Source: a virus (taxonomy: Duplodnaviria > Caudoviricetes). From it: a DNA stretch of 64,000 nucleotides. Made by a program: the position numbers and the translations under genes. The notes under the pieces were generated by a model, which ran no database searches, was not told the DNA's origin, and saw only the letters and a list, made by a program, of their open reading frames with translations. Of the stretch, positions 33,162-44,276 are shown in pieces; within the stretch, counting starts at the first letter, position 1, and every line of letters starts with the position of its first letter. The DNA is taken from positions 113,820-177,819 of IMG/VR virus record IMGVR_UViG_3300021387_000299. One strand, 5' to 3'.

Positions 33162-36100
33162 CAATAAGCCTTTTTTGTGCATGGGAAATGATACACCTGG
33201 AGCTGTGGACATGATAGACAACGGAACCAGGTGTGCCGAAAAATTTTTTAAAAAAGTGCTTGACAAACGCTTGCGGATGTGGTATAATGGCCGGTCCGCT
33301 CGCGGCGCTTCTCTTTGCGAGCGGACCGAACTTTTATTATAACATACGATGCACATTTTTGTCAAGCAAAATATCAAAAATAAATAAAAAAAGAATTTTC
33401 CTAAAATTCTTGACAGGTAAGCGATAAAGTGTTATTATTATTACAGATAAAAGGAGAGGTAACATGGATATTTCGGAAATTGAGAACAACCCTATTGCTA
33501 TTGAAGCAATAAATCATTATTTATCTGAAGTGATTGCGCATAGTTATAAATGTCAGCATTGTTTTCTTTACCACCCTAAGAGAAACTATTGCCTTTATGC
33601 CTATGAATGTATTAAAGATGATTATTGTTTTTACAAAGAAGATGAATAAAAACTCTTGACAAACCAATAGCTAAATGATATTATTATTACAGATAAAGAG
33701 AGGTAAGAAAAATGACGTTAACTTTAAGAGAAATTGCCCTTATCGTAGTATTCGCTGTATGGTATTTAAGTGCTTTAATCAGCAATTGGGATGATAACTA
33801 TACATGGCATAATGCATTCTATGCTATCGTTCAGCCAATTGTACTTCCAACAATTGTGTGTGGAATCCTTTACATCTTATTCTTCTAAAATATTTCCGAA
33901 GGGGGTTGACAACCCCCTTCCAATAGGCTATAATAGTTAATGTAAAGAGAGGTAAAAGAAAATGATGTTTGAACCGTTAATTAGTGGTGTTAGAGTTACA
34001 GGATTTAAAATTGAGTGTCCTATCAGTAGACGACTTGTCACTTTGCAGGAATGCATGGAAAAGTTTCATCGGCAGGAAACAATGGATTTCGTTCTTGATA
34101 CCTACCGTTTCACTTTGTGTGAAGATGGTGAATGGTGCGCAATCCTTGATTACGATGATCTCTATAAAATTGCAATCCTTGAATCTTATCCATGGTATGA
34201 AGAAGAACTGATTGAATATTTCGGTAAAGACTGGCTGAAATATTACATCAGATTTGAGCACTAAAAAAAATGTGGGTCGGAGCGATAAACTCCGACCCTT
34301 AGAAAAGTTTAAAATGGAATGGAATGTAGGTTTTCCCTACGATTTTATTATAACAAAAAATTTTTTTTAAGGCAAAAAATTTTTTATTGACATTTAAAAA
34401 AAATCTGTTATAATAATAATAGAAAGAGGGATAAAAAATTATGGATTTAGGAAAAGTTTTCACTAAAAAGTATGAAGAGTTTGAAAGAGCAAGTATTCAG
34501 ACACTTGTTTCTCGTCATGTTACTGCTATGCAGTTAAGGGATGGCTACGATGCAGACGCGTATTTCCTGTCAAAGCTGGCGCTTCTTGAAAAATTAAATT
34601 ATGACGTTGTAGAATTTAATGCCTTGATTATTAAGGAAAAAGAGCGCAGATATAATTGGGAAATTGAATGTGCTAAACGTGATTACGATCGCTACAAAGA
34701 TGTTTCTACTGAAGACCTTGGTCGCACCATTAAACATTGGGGTTCGGTTGATGGCCCGGGAGATTATGCAGCTCTTGGTTGTATGGAACGCGAACTTGAA
34801 ATGAGACTGGAACCTCTTGACATTCGTAAAGCGTTATTCTTGTCTGATCTGTAAGAAGCTGAAAAAATCAGCTTTTTGCTATTGATTTGGCGAGACCTTT
34901 GCGGGCGTCCCTTGCGCAAAGGTCTCGAACTTCCATTATACCATACGACGCAAAAAATGTCAAGAGAAAATGTTAAAAAAAATAAAAAAAATAATTTTCC
35001 CAAAACTATTGACAATGAATAACCAATAGTCTATAATAGTTAATGTAAAGAGAGGTAAGGAAAATGACACTTGATGAAATTGCTAAAAAAGTTATTGAAA
35101 AGGCTCGGAATGACTGGAGAGACAGCGTTATTCAGAGTAGAATTACAGTTCTGAAAGCTATGGACAATGCTATTCGTAACATGAATGATGAAGAAGCCTT
35201 GGAGCCTTGGCTGATGGGTGGTGTTCCGGATGAAGCTTGTGAAGAAGATTATGAGGATATCGCAAGCGACCATAACAGCTACATTGAAGTAGTTGAATTA
35301 TTTGCAAAGATTACAACAAACTACGCTAAAGAAGATTTCTAAAAAATGTAGAAGAAGGGGTTGACAACCTCAGCCCCTTCTGATACAATAGTTAATGTAA
35401 GGAGAGATAAATATGAAATTTGAATGGTCTTATCATTTAGATGGTGTTGTTAAGTTTAAGCCGTATCCTTTCTATGACAAATCGTATGATACTTGCGCTA
35501 TGTTCTACAATGAAAAAGGTGAAAACATTGTATTATGTTTTGACACCTGTCAGAATTGCTGTGAAGACTTTAATCTTGAATACAATAAAAATTTTCACAG
35601 AAAAGAAGTAATTTCTGAAACAGGAATTACTGTAAGTTGCCATAGAGTGAACAGATTCCGCTGTGAATGCGGTGAAAAATATATCTTCTTTGTTGATACT
35701 GGTAAAAAGATATATCAGATTGCCGTATCAAATGATCATAATGGATATTATGGTCATTACGTAGGTGTTTCCAAAAATAAAGAATTTGTTTGGGAAACTT
35801 GCATTTAGGGGGTTGACAACTCCCCCTTCTTGCACTATACTATTATTGTAAAAGAGGTAGGTGCAATGAAGAACAACATCCATAAGAAAATGACTCATGA
35901 AGATGAGTTTAGTCGTAAACACGCTTGTTGGGTAGAAAATAACCGCAAAGCTTGGCACTTTTGGAAACATAAAACCCGCAAAGATTTCCGTAGAAAAATA
36001 AAAAAAGTAGTTGACAATTCTATGGAATAGAGTATAATAATAATGTAAAAAGAGGTAAGAAAAATGGAATTGAAAAAGGTTATTACATTGGGATTTAATC

Positions 36101-37117
36101 GCAAAGAATGGAATACCCTTCTTGATGCGGCCCGCCTGCTTGAAGATCTCGGTAAAGAACTTCAGAAGCTTGGTCCTAACGAAGATGTAACTCTCAGATG
36201 CTCGGAAAATGGCGTTGAATGCGTCTTCATTGCTTCCCAGCTCTACGAATTTTCCACCACGCTTGATCTTATCGCTGAAGGTGGCACGATCACTACTTCA
36301 TAACCGCTCGAACTGACCACCCTCCTCCTCCTTGGGGTGGCAGTTTTTTATTTGGCGGCTCGTCTGCGGGCGCATTCTGCTGCAGACGAGCCGAGTTCTC
36401 CATTATATCACGATCCGCAAATTTTGTCAAGAAAAAATCAAAAAATTTTTTAAAAATTATTTTTCCCAAAATGCTTGACACCATTATTGTAATGTAGTAT
36501 TATTATTACAGATAAAGAGAGGTAAACAAAATGACGATAGATGAATTAAGTATCTTCTTTGATAACATTGAACATAATATTAGTCCAAACGCTGAAATTA
36601 CTTTCCTTCAGTATGATAGCAGCGACAACAAAGCAATAGTTGATTACGTTAACAGTATCGGAGAAGAACTTCGCTATACTTGCGAAATTAATACTGATTA
36701 GACGCTCCAACCGCTGATCTACTCCTCCTTGGGTCAGCGGTTTTTTTATTGATCCAGCGGACCCTTTGCGCGCGTATTTTGCGCAAAGGGTTCGAATTCT
36801 TCATTATACCACACGATCAGAAAAATGTCAAGCAAAAATCTTGGCAAAAAAGTGCCAAAAATTTCTCCCAAAATTGACACTTTTCCTATTGCAATTGTCA
36901 AAAAAATCAGTATAATTATAAGTGTTAAGGGGATGGGGCAAGCCCCACGAACCGAGCCAAAGGGCGAGCACGTAAACCATGGTAAATCGTGCAAAGGGGA
37001 GTGGGATACAGGGCTGAAGTCACTCGCACAAATTTGCGAAACTTTAACCAAAACCCCTTGACACATTCTCCAAAATCTGCTATACTATCTATGTAAGAAA
37101 GGAAAGGTGGTAACACT

Positions 37118-37471
37118 ATGGCAAACAAGCCGACTAAGCGCGATTTATTCGCAAGACTCCGCGTTCTCGCTGAGAACGATCCCGAACTCGTTTCTTTCAT
37201 CGACCATGAGGTTGAACTCCTCAACAAAAAGAACGCGTCTAAGACTGGCAAGCAGACTGAGCGTCAGAAGGAAAACGCTGACCTCATGACCGTCATCTAT
37301 GACGCTATGGAAACAGGAAAGCAGTATACTGTTTCCGACCTTATCGCTGAGGTTCCTGCGCTCGCAGGCATGAATACTCAGCGTGTCGCTCCGATCCTCG
37401 GTAAGATGAAGGACAACGTCCTCGTCACCCGTGAGGTTGTGAAGGGCAAGGCTTACTTCACAAAGATCTAA
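37118..37471 (+). CDS. Winged-helix family protein
   Basis: Paralog of 32343; own promoter and RBS. Confidence 0.8.
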   Translation: MANKPTKRDLFARLRVLAENDPELVSFIDHEVELLNKKNASKTGKQTERQKENADLMTVIYDAMETGKQYTVSDLIAEVPALAGMNTQRVAPILGKMKDNVLVTREVVKGKAYFTKI

Positions 37472-37517
37472 GCCACTGAGGGGGCGAAAGCCCCCTTCTC
37501 CCCTCACTGAAAGGTAG

Positions 37518-37889
37518 GTGATACACTTGAACGAAAAACTCATTGCTCATCATATGCGCACGTTAAAATGCACGCGTGAGGAGGCCATTCAGTTAATTGC
37601 GGATGACAAGGAAACCGACCGCGGAATCCCGCATGAATGGGATTTAACCCCCGAACAGATGAGAAACGCTCGCAAACTTGCAAATGCGCATACGCGCAAA
37701 GTGACCGCCACCACTCGCACCCGCAAGGAGAATCCCACTAAGCAGGGCATTATCTCCGCTGTTCATCAGTGTGTGAGCGGTATCACAGGGGCGCAGGATG
37801 TGCGGATTTCCAACGCTGAGCGCGCGGTGGATTTCATGCTTGACGGTGTCAGCTACACGCTCACCCTCACGGCACATAGGGCTAAATAG
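37518..37889 (+). CDS. Hypothetical protein, paralog of 32766-33161
   Basis: Same two-gene order as 32343/32766. Confidence 0.7.
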   Translation: MIHLNEKLIAHHMRTLKCTREEAIQLIADDKETDRGIPHEWDLTPEQMRNARKLANAHTRKVTATTRTRKENPTKQGIISAVHQCVSGITGAQDVRISNAERAVDFMLDGVSYTLTLTAHRAK

Positions 37890-37899
37890 CCCTATTTTT

Positions 37900-38700
37900 T
37901 TATGCAAAAAGCGCAAGTTAGTCTTGACTAACCGCGCCGAGCCGCTGCCCAGCGTAGCGGCTCGAATTTCCGATCGGTAAACCCATATGGCAAATTTTTT
38001 TTCGGAAGTGCAAGGTACATATGGCACGCGGATTTTCCCAAAAATAGACCAGGGGCCGATCGGGTTTGTGAAATTTTTCACGAACGATTAACCCGATCGG
38101 GCGAGCGCATATTTAGCCGCATATGCCGATTTTTTGACAAAAAATTGTCAAAAAACGCAATTTTCCAATAGAAAAACACATAAAACACCATATTTTTAAC
38201 TATTTTTTTGACATTTTTAATAATTTTTGCTATAATTATAGGCGTTTTTTATAAAAAAACGCCTTAAAATCATTAAAATTTGACATTTTTTATTAAAAAT
38301 GTTATAATATAATGGGATTTTATATAAAAACCGATCGGAAATTGAAAATTTATTGTCAAAATTACTCCAAAAGTCAAGCAAATTGTGCTGTTCCAGCTTA
38401 ACCCGATCGGTTAAACGGCCAGCCGCATATACCTTATTACTATTGGACCTTTGGGGACTTTGTGAAAGTTCAAACTTTCACAAAATTGTTTTATTTAAAA
38501 ATATATGATATAATATTTATAGGGGGACCCTTCTCCCCGAACGGAATACCAATAAATAAAAAAAGAAAACCCTGGGTGCGCACCAGGGTTTCTATATATT
38601 ATAAACACTCATTCCGCCAAAGGCTGTTTTTAGAAAGGGAGGTAAACAAAATATCTACATCTTAACCAGTGCCCGGGCGCACTCCAAAAGCACTAGCTAA
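37900..38700. other. Non-coding junction with CCGATCGG palindromes and AT-rich TTTGACA repeats (origin/terminus candidate)
   Basis: CGATCG cores at 37971, 38057, 38094, 38332, 38404 (sixth at 39520); no credible ORF; convergent gene blocks meet here. Confidence 0.45.
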
Positions 38701-38709
38701 AAAGAATTA

Positions 38710-39231
38710 TTAATATTTAAGTCTATGATCGCTCCAGTTAACAATACTAATCCAATCATTTTCATTATCATCAGCATAAAATTGATTGGGATCAACCGTC
38801 GTTGAACTTTTCTTTTGGTTACTAATCTGTTTTAAGAAATCCGCAATGATCTGCGCATCCTTATCTTCCTGCGGTGCTGGTGCGGTTCTACGTTTCGTAT
38901 CAGTAGCTGCTTCCTTAGCTGCCTTCTGGTAACCTTTAATTCCATTCATCATGTCATCAACCGCATCAAGAACAGATTCAGTCATCTTATCATAACCCTC
39001 ATCGGCCAGGCTCTTTGCTACATCTTCGCCATGCGCCATTTGGATATATTCCTTTAAGAAGTCTGTTAATGCTACTTTATATCTGGATTCAAGTGCCTCT
39101 TCTAAGACTTTATCAATAGTGTGCACTAAATCCTTTTTAATATCCTCTGGAGTTCGACCATCATCCATCCAGTCAGTAACCCAGTCATAAATCTCATCTT
39201 TTACATAAGTACTCATATTTCTTTTCACCAT
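38710..39231 (-). CDS. Hypothetical protein
   Basis: Long ORF with a middle-type promoter (TATAATATATATGTAA) upstream. Confidence 0.75.
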   Translation of the reverse strand: MVKRNMSTYVKDEIYDWVTDWMDDGRTPEDIKKDLVHTIDKVLEEALESRYKVALTDFLKEYIQMAHGEDVAKSLADEGYDKMTESVLDAVDDMMNGIKGYQKAAKEAATDTKRRTAPAPQEDKDAQIIADFLKQISNQKKSSTTVDPNQFYADDNENDWISIVNWSDHRLKY

Positions 39232-39570
39232 TCCTTACTTACATATATATTATACAATAATTTTTTTATTTTTGCAACCGTATTACATAAAATTTTCTTG
39301 TCCGATCTTATATTGACTTATAAAAATTTTTTTGTAGATCTGTTCCAAAAGTAGAATTGAATTTGCTTCCAGAATTTTCAAACGAATTTTCATTTCGTTC
39401 CTTGGATTGTTGCGGGGATGCGGACCTGGGAGTTTACCGACCGGGTTTACACTAGGGTATACCCCGGTTTCGGTCGAGTTTTCAAAATCTCTACTTGACA
39501 ACTTCAAAATTTTTTATCCCGATCGGCGGCCACCCCACTCACCCAAAAGTTAACAAAAGTAATCCTAATT

Positions 39571-40869
39571 TTAATAAAACATTTCAGTATCACTTTCCGC
39601 AGTGCATTTTAACGATTCAACCGCTTCGCGCACAGTTTTATCTTCCTCTTCCTGCTCAATCAAATTCAAAATCTTTCTTATCGCAGTGCAATAATCATAC
39701 TCCCGCCTTAAACACTTCCAAGCCCGGATAAAATCTCTTTCACTACTTCCACGCCCCATTTTTTAATCCTCCGCTACCCAATAAGAACTATAAAAATCCT
39801 TTACTCTATCCGATAACTCCTTCTTCGGTTCCGAATAAAACTCATCTATTTTTTCAAACGAAATTTCCAAATAGCAGCAATCGTTCGCTTCTACCACCCT
39901 ACAATAAAAATTAGGTAGCCTTAACTCAAGCTGATGGCATAACTCATATATTTCATAAAAGTCCTCTTTCGTTCCTTTATAAACTACTTTCATTACTGGA
40001 TTAATTAATTCCATCTTTTAATCTCCTACCTATTACTTGCATCGCCGTATTAGTAATCCTAGAAATATCTTTACTATCAAAATATGGAAACTTTTCTCTT
40101 AACCAATCTTGCAATCCCCAACCAAACGCAGCTAATTCCTCAATACCCCAATCATCTAAGCTTTCAATCTTATTTTTTACAAAATAATCAGTCATATCTT
40201 TATAAAAATCTTCTATCATATCTTTACCTTTTTAAGTGGACATGCCAAACTTCTTCTCCCTTTCGGTTTACCAAACCCAGTTAACGGACAGATCCCCTCA
40301 GATAAATTCCCCTTGCGCAATTTTCCAATTTCACAATCCGCGCAAGTCTTAGGAAATGGAATATCAATCGTTACTATCTCCCTTTTCATTAAGTAACCCA
40401 CTCTTTTTCAGTTTAATTCTGAATTTCGTCGCAGTCTTACAATCTCCTAAAAACTCAGAAAATCCCTCCATCAACTTTCCATGATGATAACAAATATATT
40501 CATCTTCCGCATGTCCAATATCATCTAAAATAATCCATAAAGCTTCATCCGCAGTACTTCCTTTAATCTGCCTTAAATATACCCAATAGTCCATAAAATT
40601 ATAAATCTTATCTTCCATTATTTAATCTCCTATTAATTTCCAAATACCATTCTTAATTTTTACTTTTCCTTCCCAGGTTCCATCTTCTTTTCTGCGGCAA
40701 ATAATAAAGACCTGCATTCATCCTCCATCTCAAAATCTATTATTTCAATAGGCTCCATCACTCTAGCAGTAATTTCCAAAGCAGCCATAAACTTCTGTCC
40801 CCAAGGCCAATCTGAATGATAACAATCTATGTATTCAAATACTACATTAAATATTTTTTTACTTTCCAT
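39571..40869 (-). CDS. Run of six small coupled hypothetical genes
   Basis: Overlapping stops/starts including an ATGA overlap at 40216-40219; GGAG RBSs. Confidence 0.7.
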
Positions 40870-40938
40870 ATTAATATCCTTAATAAAAATATTACATTTT
40901 TTTAGAGAAAAGGGGTATAAGTAAAATTTGTAATATTT

Positions 40939-41637
40939 TTACTCTTCCCAATCAAACCCTTTATCTTCTATTTCCAAAGACTTTCTTTCATAATGATTAA
41001 TCCTAACAGGAATATATCCATAAGTCTCAATCCATTTCCCTAAAGCTTCAATAAAACTTCCAGAAGCCAAGTTTTTAACCTGCTGATTATAATCCGCAGT
41101 TTTAATCATTCCACTTGCTCATTGTTCAGTTAATTCAATCAATTTTTCACCAGTCTCCTTAGACTTAGTAAACTTTATCTTATTCCACTCTTTAACCTCT
41201 TCTTCAGTCATAAATCTTGGATATTGCCCAGTTCCCATACAAGCCGCATATTTCTTTTCAGTAATATCATATTCATTACCAAGCACTTCTCTTACATAAG
41301 AATAAGCAGTACTCATCAAATGCTGAACTTGATTAACAAGATCTTCTGTATAAATAACATTAGTAACACCACTAGCAGTATTCCAACTATTCTGTTCAAT
41401 AGCTTCAACTACTTTAGGCAAATAAACTTCTTTATATAATCTTTCTTTTTTACTAGCAATATAATCTTTCTTTTTCTTCAAAAAGATGTACTTTCTTTTC
41501 TCCATCTTTCATTCATAACATTCAGAAAGTTTTGCTTCATAATCGCTTCTCTTATTTCTAAAAGATCCATAAGAAACATTAAAGAAATCTTCCGCAACTT
41601 CTTGCGTCTTATAAGGTCTATTTAACTCAAACTCCAT
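40939..41637 (-). CDS. 232-aa hypothetical protein with two probable TGA=Trp codons (41509, 41119)
   Basis: ORF 41119-41505 extends on both sides to ATG 41637 and TAA 40939, filling two gaps. Confidence 0.7.
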
Positions 41638-41719
41638 AACCAATATTTTTATTAAGTTTTGTCATATTTTTGCTCAAACATCTAATATTATAAGGTTGAG
41701 TCAAAATATGACAAAAATC

Positions 41720-43439
41720 TTAATTTTTCTTCCTCCTTGCGGCGCGTATATCTTTCATAGTTACTTCATAACCAAAAGTATAACCTCTAATAAACTTCGG
41801 GCCAAATCCTCTTAAATTCCTTATAATTTCATGCTTTGAAATATTCATTTCCTTCGCTGCTTCTTCTACAGTTTTAAATAATCCAACAGCAACATTATCT
41901 ACATCATAAGCTACTATTCTACTCATTGCGCAATCCTACCTTTACTTGCGCGCGGAGCTTATCTATACCCTTATCTTTAAGTTCTTGCGCTTCCTGCTCA
42001 AAAATATCTTTGCCGCAATATTTTCTAATTTCAATAACACAGAAAGCCATAACATCATCTTCTATTTCTTTCTGTTCTTCTTCAGTAAGAAGTTTTTCTC
42101 TAAATCTTTGAACTTCTGACTTCATTAGATCATTAATATCATCTCTTAACGCCATTTTATTTCCTCCTTTTGCGCTTCGCGCTTAACGGAGAGTTAAATC
42201 TTCGCTTCGCTCGATTTACTCTCCTAGCGAAGGTAAAAGTCCCTCCGGGCCTTTTCCTTCGCTTATATTATTTATCGTTTTTACGTTTTTTCCGTGCCAT
42301 ATATCTTTTCTTTTTTGAGAGAGTTTCTAAATCATTCATATCAAAAGTAATTCTTACATATATATTATATCATATAAATCTGTTTTCGTCAAATAAAAAG
42401 AGACGATCTCCGTCTCTTATTTTTCATTATATTTAAACCAAATCCGTCTAGGAAAACCACCGATATTGAAATAACTTGCGCTGACCACGCCTGTCGTTTC
42501 ATCATATTCCCACTTTAAACCATGATCAATTTCATCGTAACCGATTTTTTCAACGGTTTTATAAATTGCTCTTTCAATCTTTTCCTTATCCATTATATTC
42601 CCCCGTCAATACCATTACAGCACATATCAAAATAAACCAGAAAACTACTACAAGTGAGATATTAAATAAAAGTATGACATCGCTTTCAAGGAAATCTGCG
42701 AAAGCTCTAAAAATAAATCTAAATCCTCCCATAGAATCAGCTTCCCAATCAAACCAATCTGAAAGCGAATATCTTAACCAATCAAGAAATGAGAACAACA
42801 TACCAGCAATTAATACAGTAAACGGAAACGCAATTACAGTCATTATTCCATATACTCCTTCGGAATTGCTTCCCAACCTTCAGTCTTTCTGACATTATCG
42901 AATCTGCTGCAATGACCAGAAGCGCACTTAATACCGTAGCAATAAGGTGCCCAATGATCAATGAATCTCCTTAACTTACCAGTCTCAGAAACCCAAGCTC
43001 TTCTATCTTCATATCTCATATCGCAGTTAGCATGTCCGTTTTCATAATAAGTTGACAACTGATAGTCACATTCCGCAACCATGTCACGAAGATTCCAATC
43101 ATCAGTATCTTCAGAAAGTTCGCCACCAATCGTATTATGTTCTAAGCAGAGACATTCCATGATTTCATTATACTTTCTTAAAGCCTGATTATACTTTCCT
43201 TCAGTTAATACCTTCATTATTTTCCCTCCTTAGCAAAAGAATAAACTAACGAAAAAGAGAGCAACACCAATAGAGAAACAAAGAAATATAACACTTACAG
43301 CAAGATTATCTTCCATATTAGTTTCAAAAGCAAGCGATAAGAAATTATAAATAAGTGCGGCAACCAGTCCTACGCCTCCAAAAACTGAAAATACAATAGC
43401 GCCCATGCGAAGCACAATACCCAAATTTGTGTAATCCAT
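41720..43439 (-). CDS. Cluster of small genes (NUMOD1-like HTH 41720-41926; 41919-42155; membrane proteins 42586-42876 and 43230-43439; 42843-43217)
   Basis: F.TVEEAAKEMNIS motif; hydrophobic segments; RBSs. Confidence 0.65.
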
Positions 43440-44276
43440 ATTTTTATCACCTTTCTTTCTTTTACATATATATTATATCATATTTTTTATTTTTTTCAAA
43501 TCCGATCTTTTGCCTTTAATAAAAATTTTATGTATAATAATACTATAAGAGAAATTAAGGAGAAAAAAATGCCAAAAAACTATATTGACTTTGATACCTT
43601 TAAAGCGCAGCATAATGCAAAACCTCGCTATCCACGCTGTCCCCGTTGCAAGAAACCAATGGAATCAGTAATGACCAATAAGTTTGGTAAAGTCATGTGC
43701 GCCGATTGCTTTTATATTGAAGTCGAAAAAATGGAAGCTGCCGCCAAAAGAAAACAAAAGGTAGAAATAAATGAGCCAGAATCAGAAGATACCTTCACAA
43801 TCGACATTGACGAGTAGTATGTATATTCTTACTCATCAAGAATACAGGTATAACGGATATTCAGCAGATATTTTGTGTGAAGATGGGAAATTCTATAAAA
43901 TTGAAAAAGTGATGAGCGGCGACATAAGACCAATCTTATTTTTATCTAAAAAAGAAGCCAGAAGCGCACGAAAAATATATGGCCGATGGCCGAAATATAA
44001 AATTATCAAAATAAACGATCCTTCTTGGTTATGTGAATAAAGGCGAGTAAAAATCGCCTTTTTGATTTTTTATAAAAATAATTATATAATAATAATGTAA
44101 AGAAAGAGAAGGTAAAAATATGACTGTTGAAGAATTAATTCATGAACTTGAAAAATACAATCCAAAAGCAAAAGTTGAAACATATGACTCTGATTATGGA
44201 CCTGTATCTATCTGTGCTATCCATAAAGAAGATAAAGAAACTATCTGCCTTGAATGGGAATAAAAAAACTAATATT

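Larger units (their letters stand above)
25137..36831 (-). ncRNA. Family of 10 antisense promoter-plus-GC-hairpin units (putative small RNAs)
   Basis: Units at 25142-25204, 25756-25828, 27531-27603, 28814-28887, 30131-30202, 31001-31075, 33292-33365, 34891-34963, 36356-36430, 36758-36831; TTGACW-N17(18)-TATAAT, 7-8 nt, then the stem. Confidence 0.75.
19100..37900 (+). other. Early host-takeover-like module: dozens of small genes, nearly each with its own sigma-A promoter and RBS
   Basis: Recurrent A-tract-TTGACA-N17-TATAAT/TATACT-AATAATGTAAAGAGAGGTAA-ATG unit, e.g. before 23478, 23943, 24449, 26767, 30688, 33962, 35064, 36064. Confidence 0.9.
18927..37932. repeat. Dispersed GTTAG-N6-CTAAC palindrome, 9 copies
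   Basis: Copies start at 18927, 21036, 21110, 21669, 22345, 22370, 23315, 31952, 37917; all intergenic. Confidence 0.9.
18981..38483. promoter_or_regulatory. Rex-operator-like TTGTGAA..TTCACAA palindromes, 8 copies
   Basis: N4 spacing at 18981, 21196, 32055, 38066; N10 spacing at 21632, 22305, 23285, 38460. Confidence 0.55.

Noticed and set aside
19100-37900. CRISPR array or integron cassette array
   Set aside because: No regular repeat-spacer periodicity, no cas or integrase gene in the window; GTTAG/CTAAC has the opposite order to attC and the repeats are mostly promoters.
28645-38081. Many 60-160-aa ORFs spanning intergenic repeats or antisense to real genes (e.g. 28645-29034, 29924-30418, 37145-37543, 37644-38081)
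   Set aside because: They lack RBSs, translate promoter A/T tracts and hairpins, or shadow better-supported genes.
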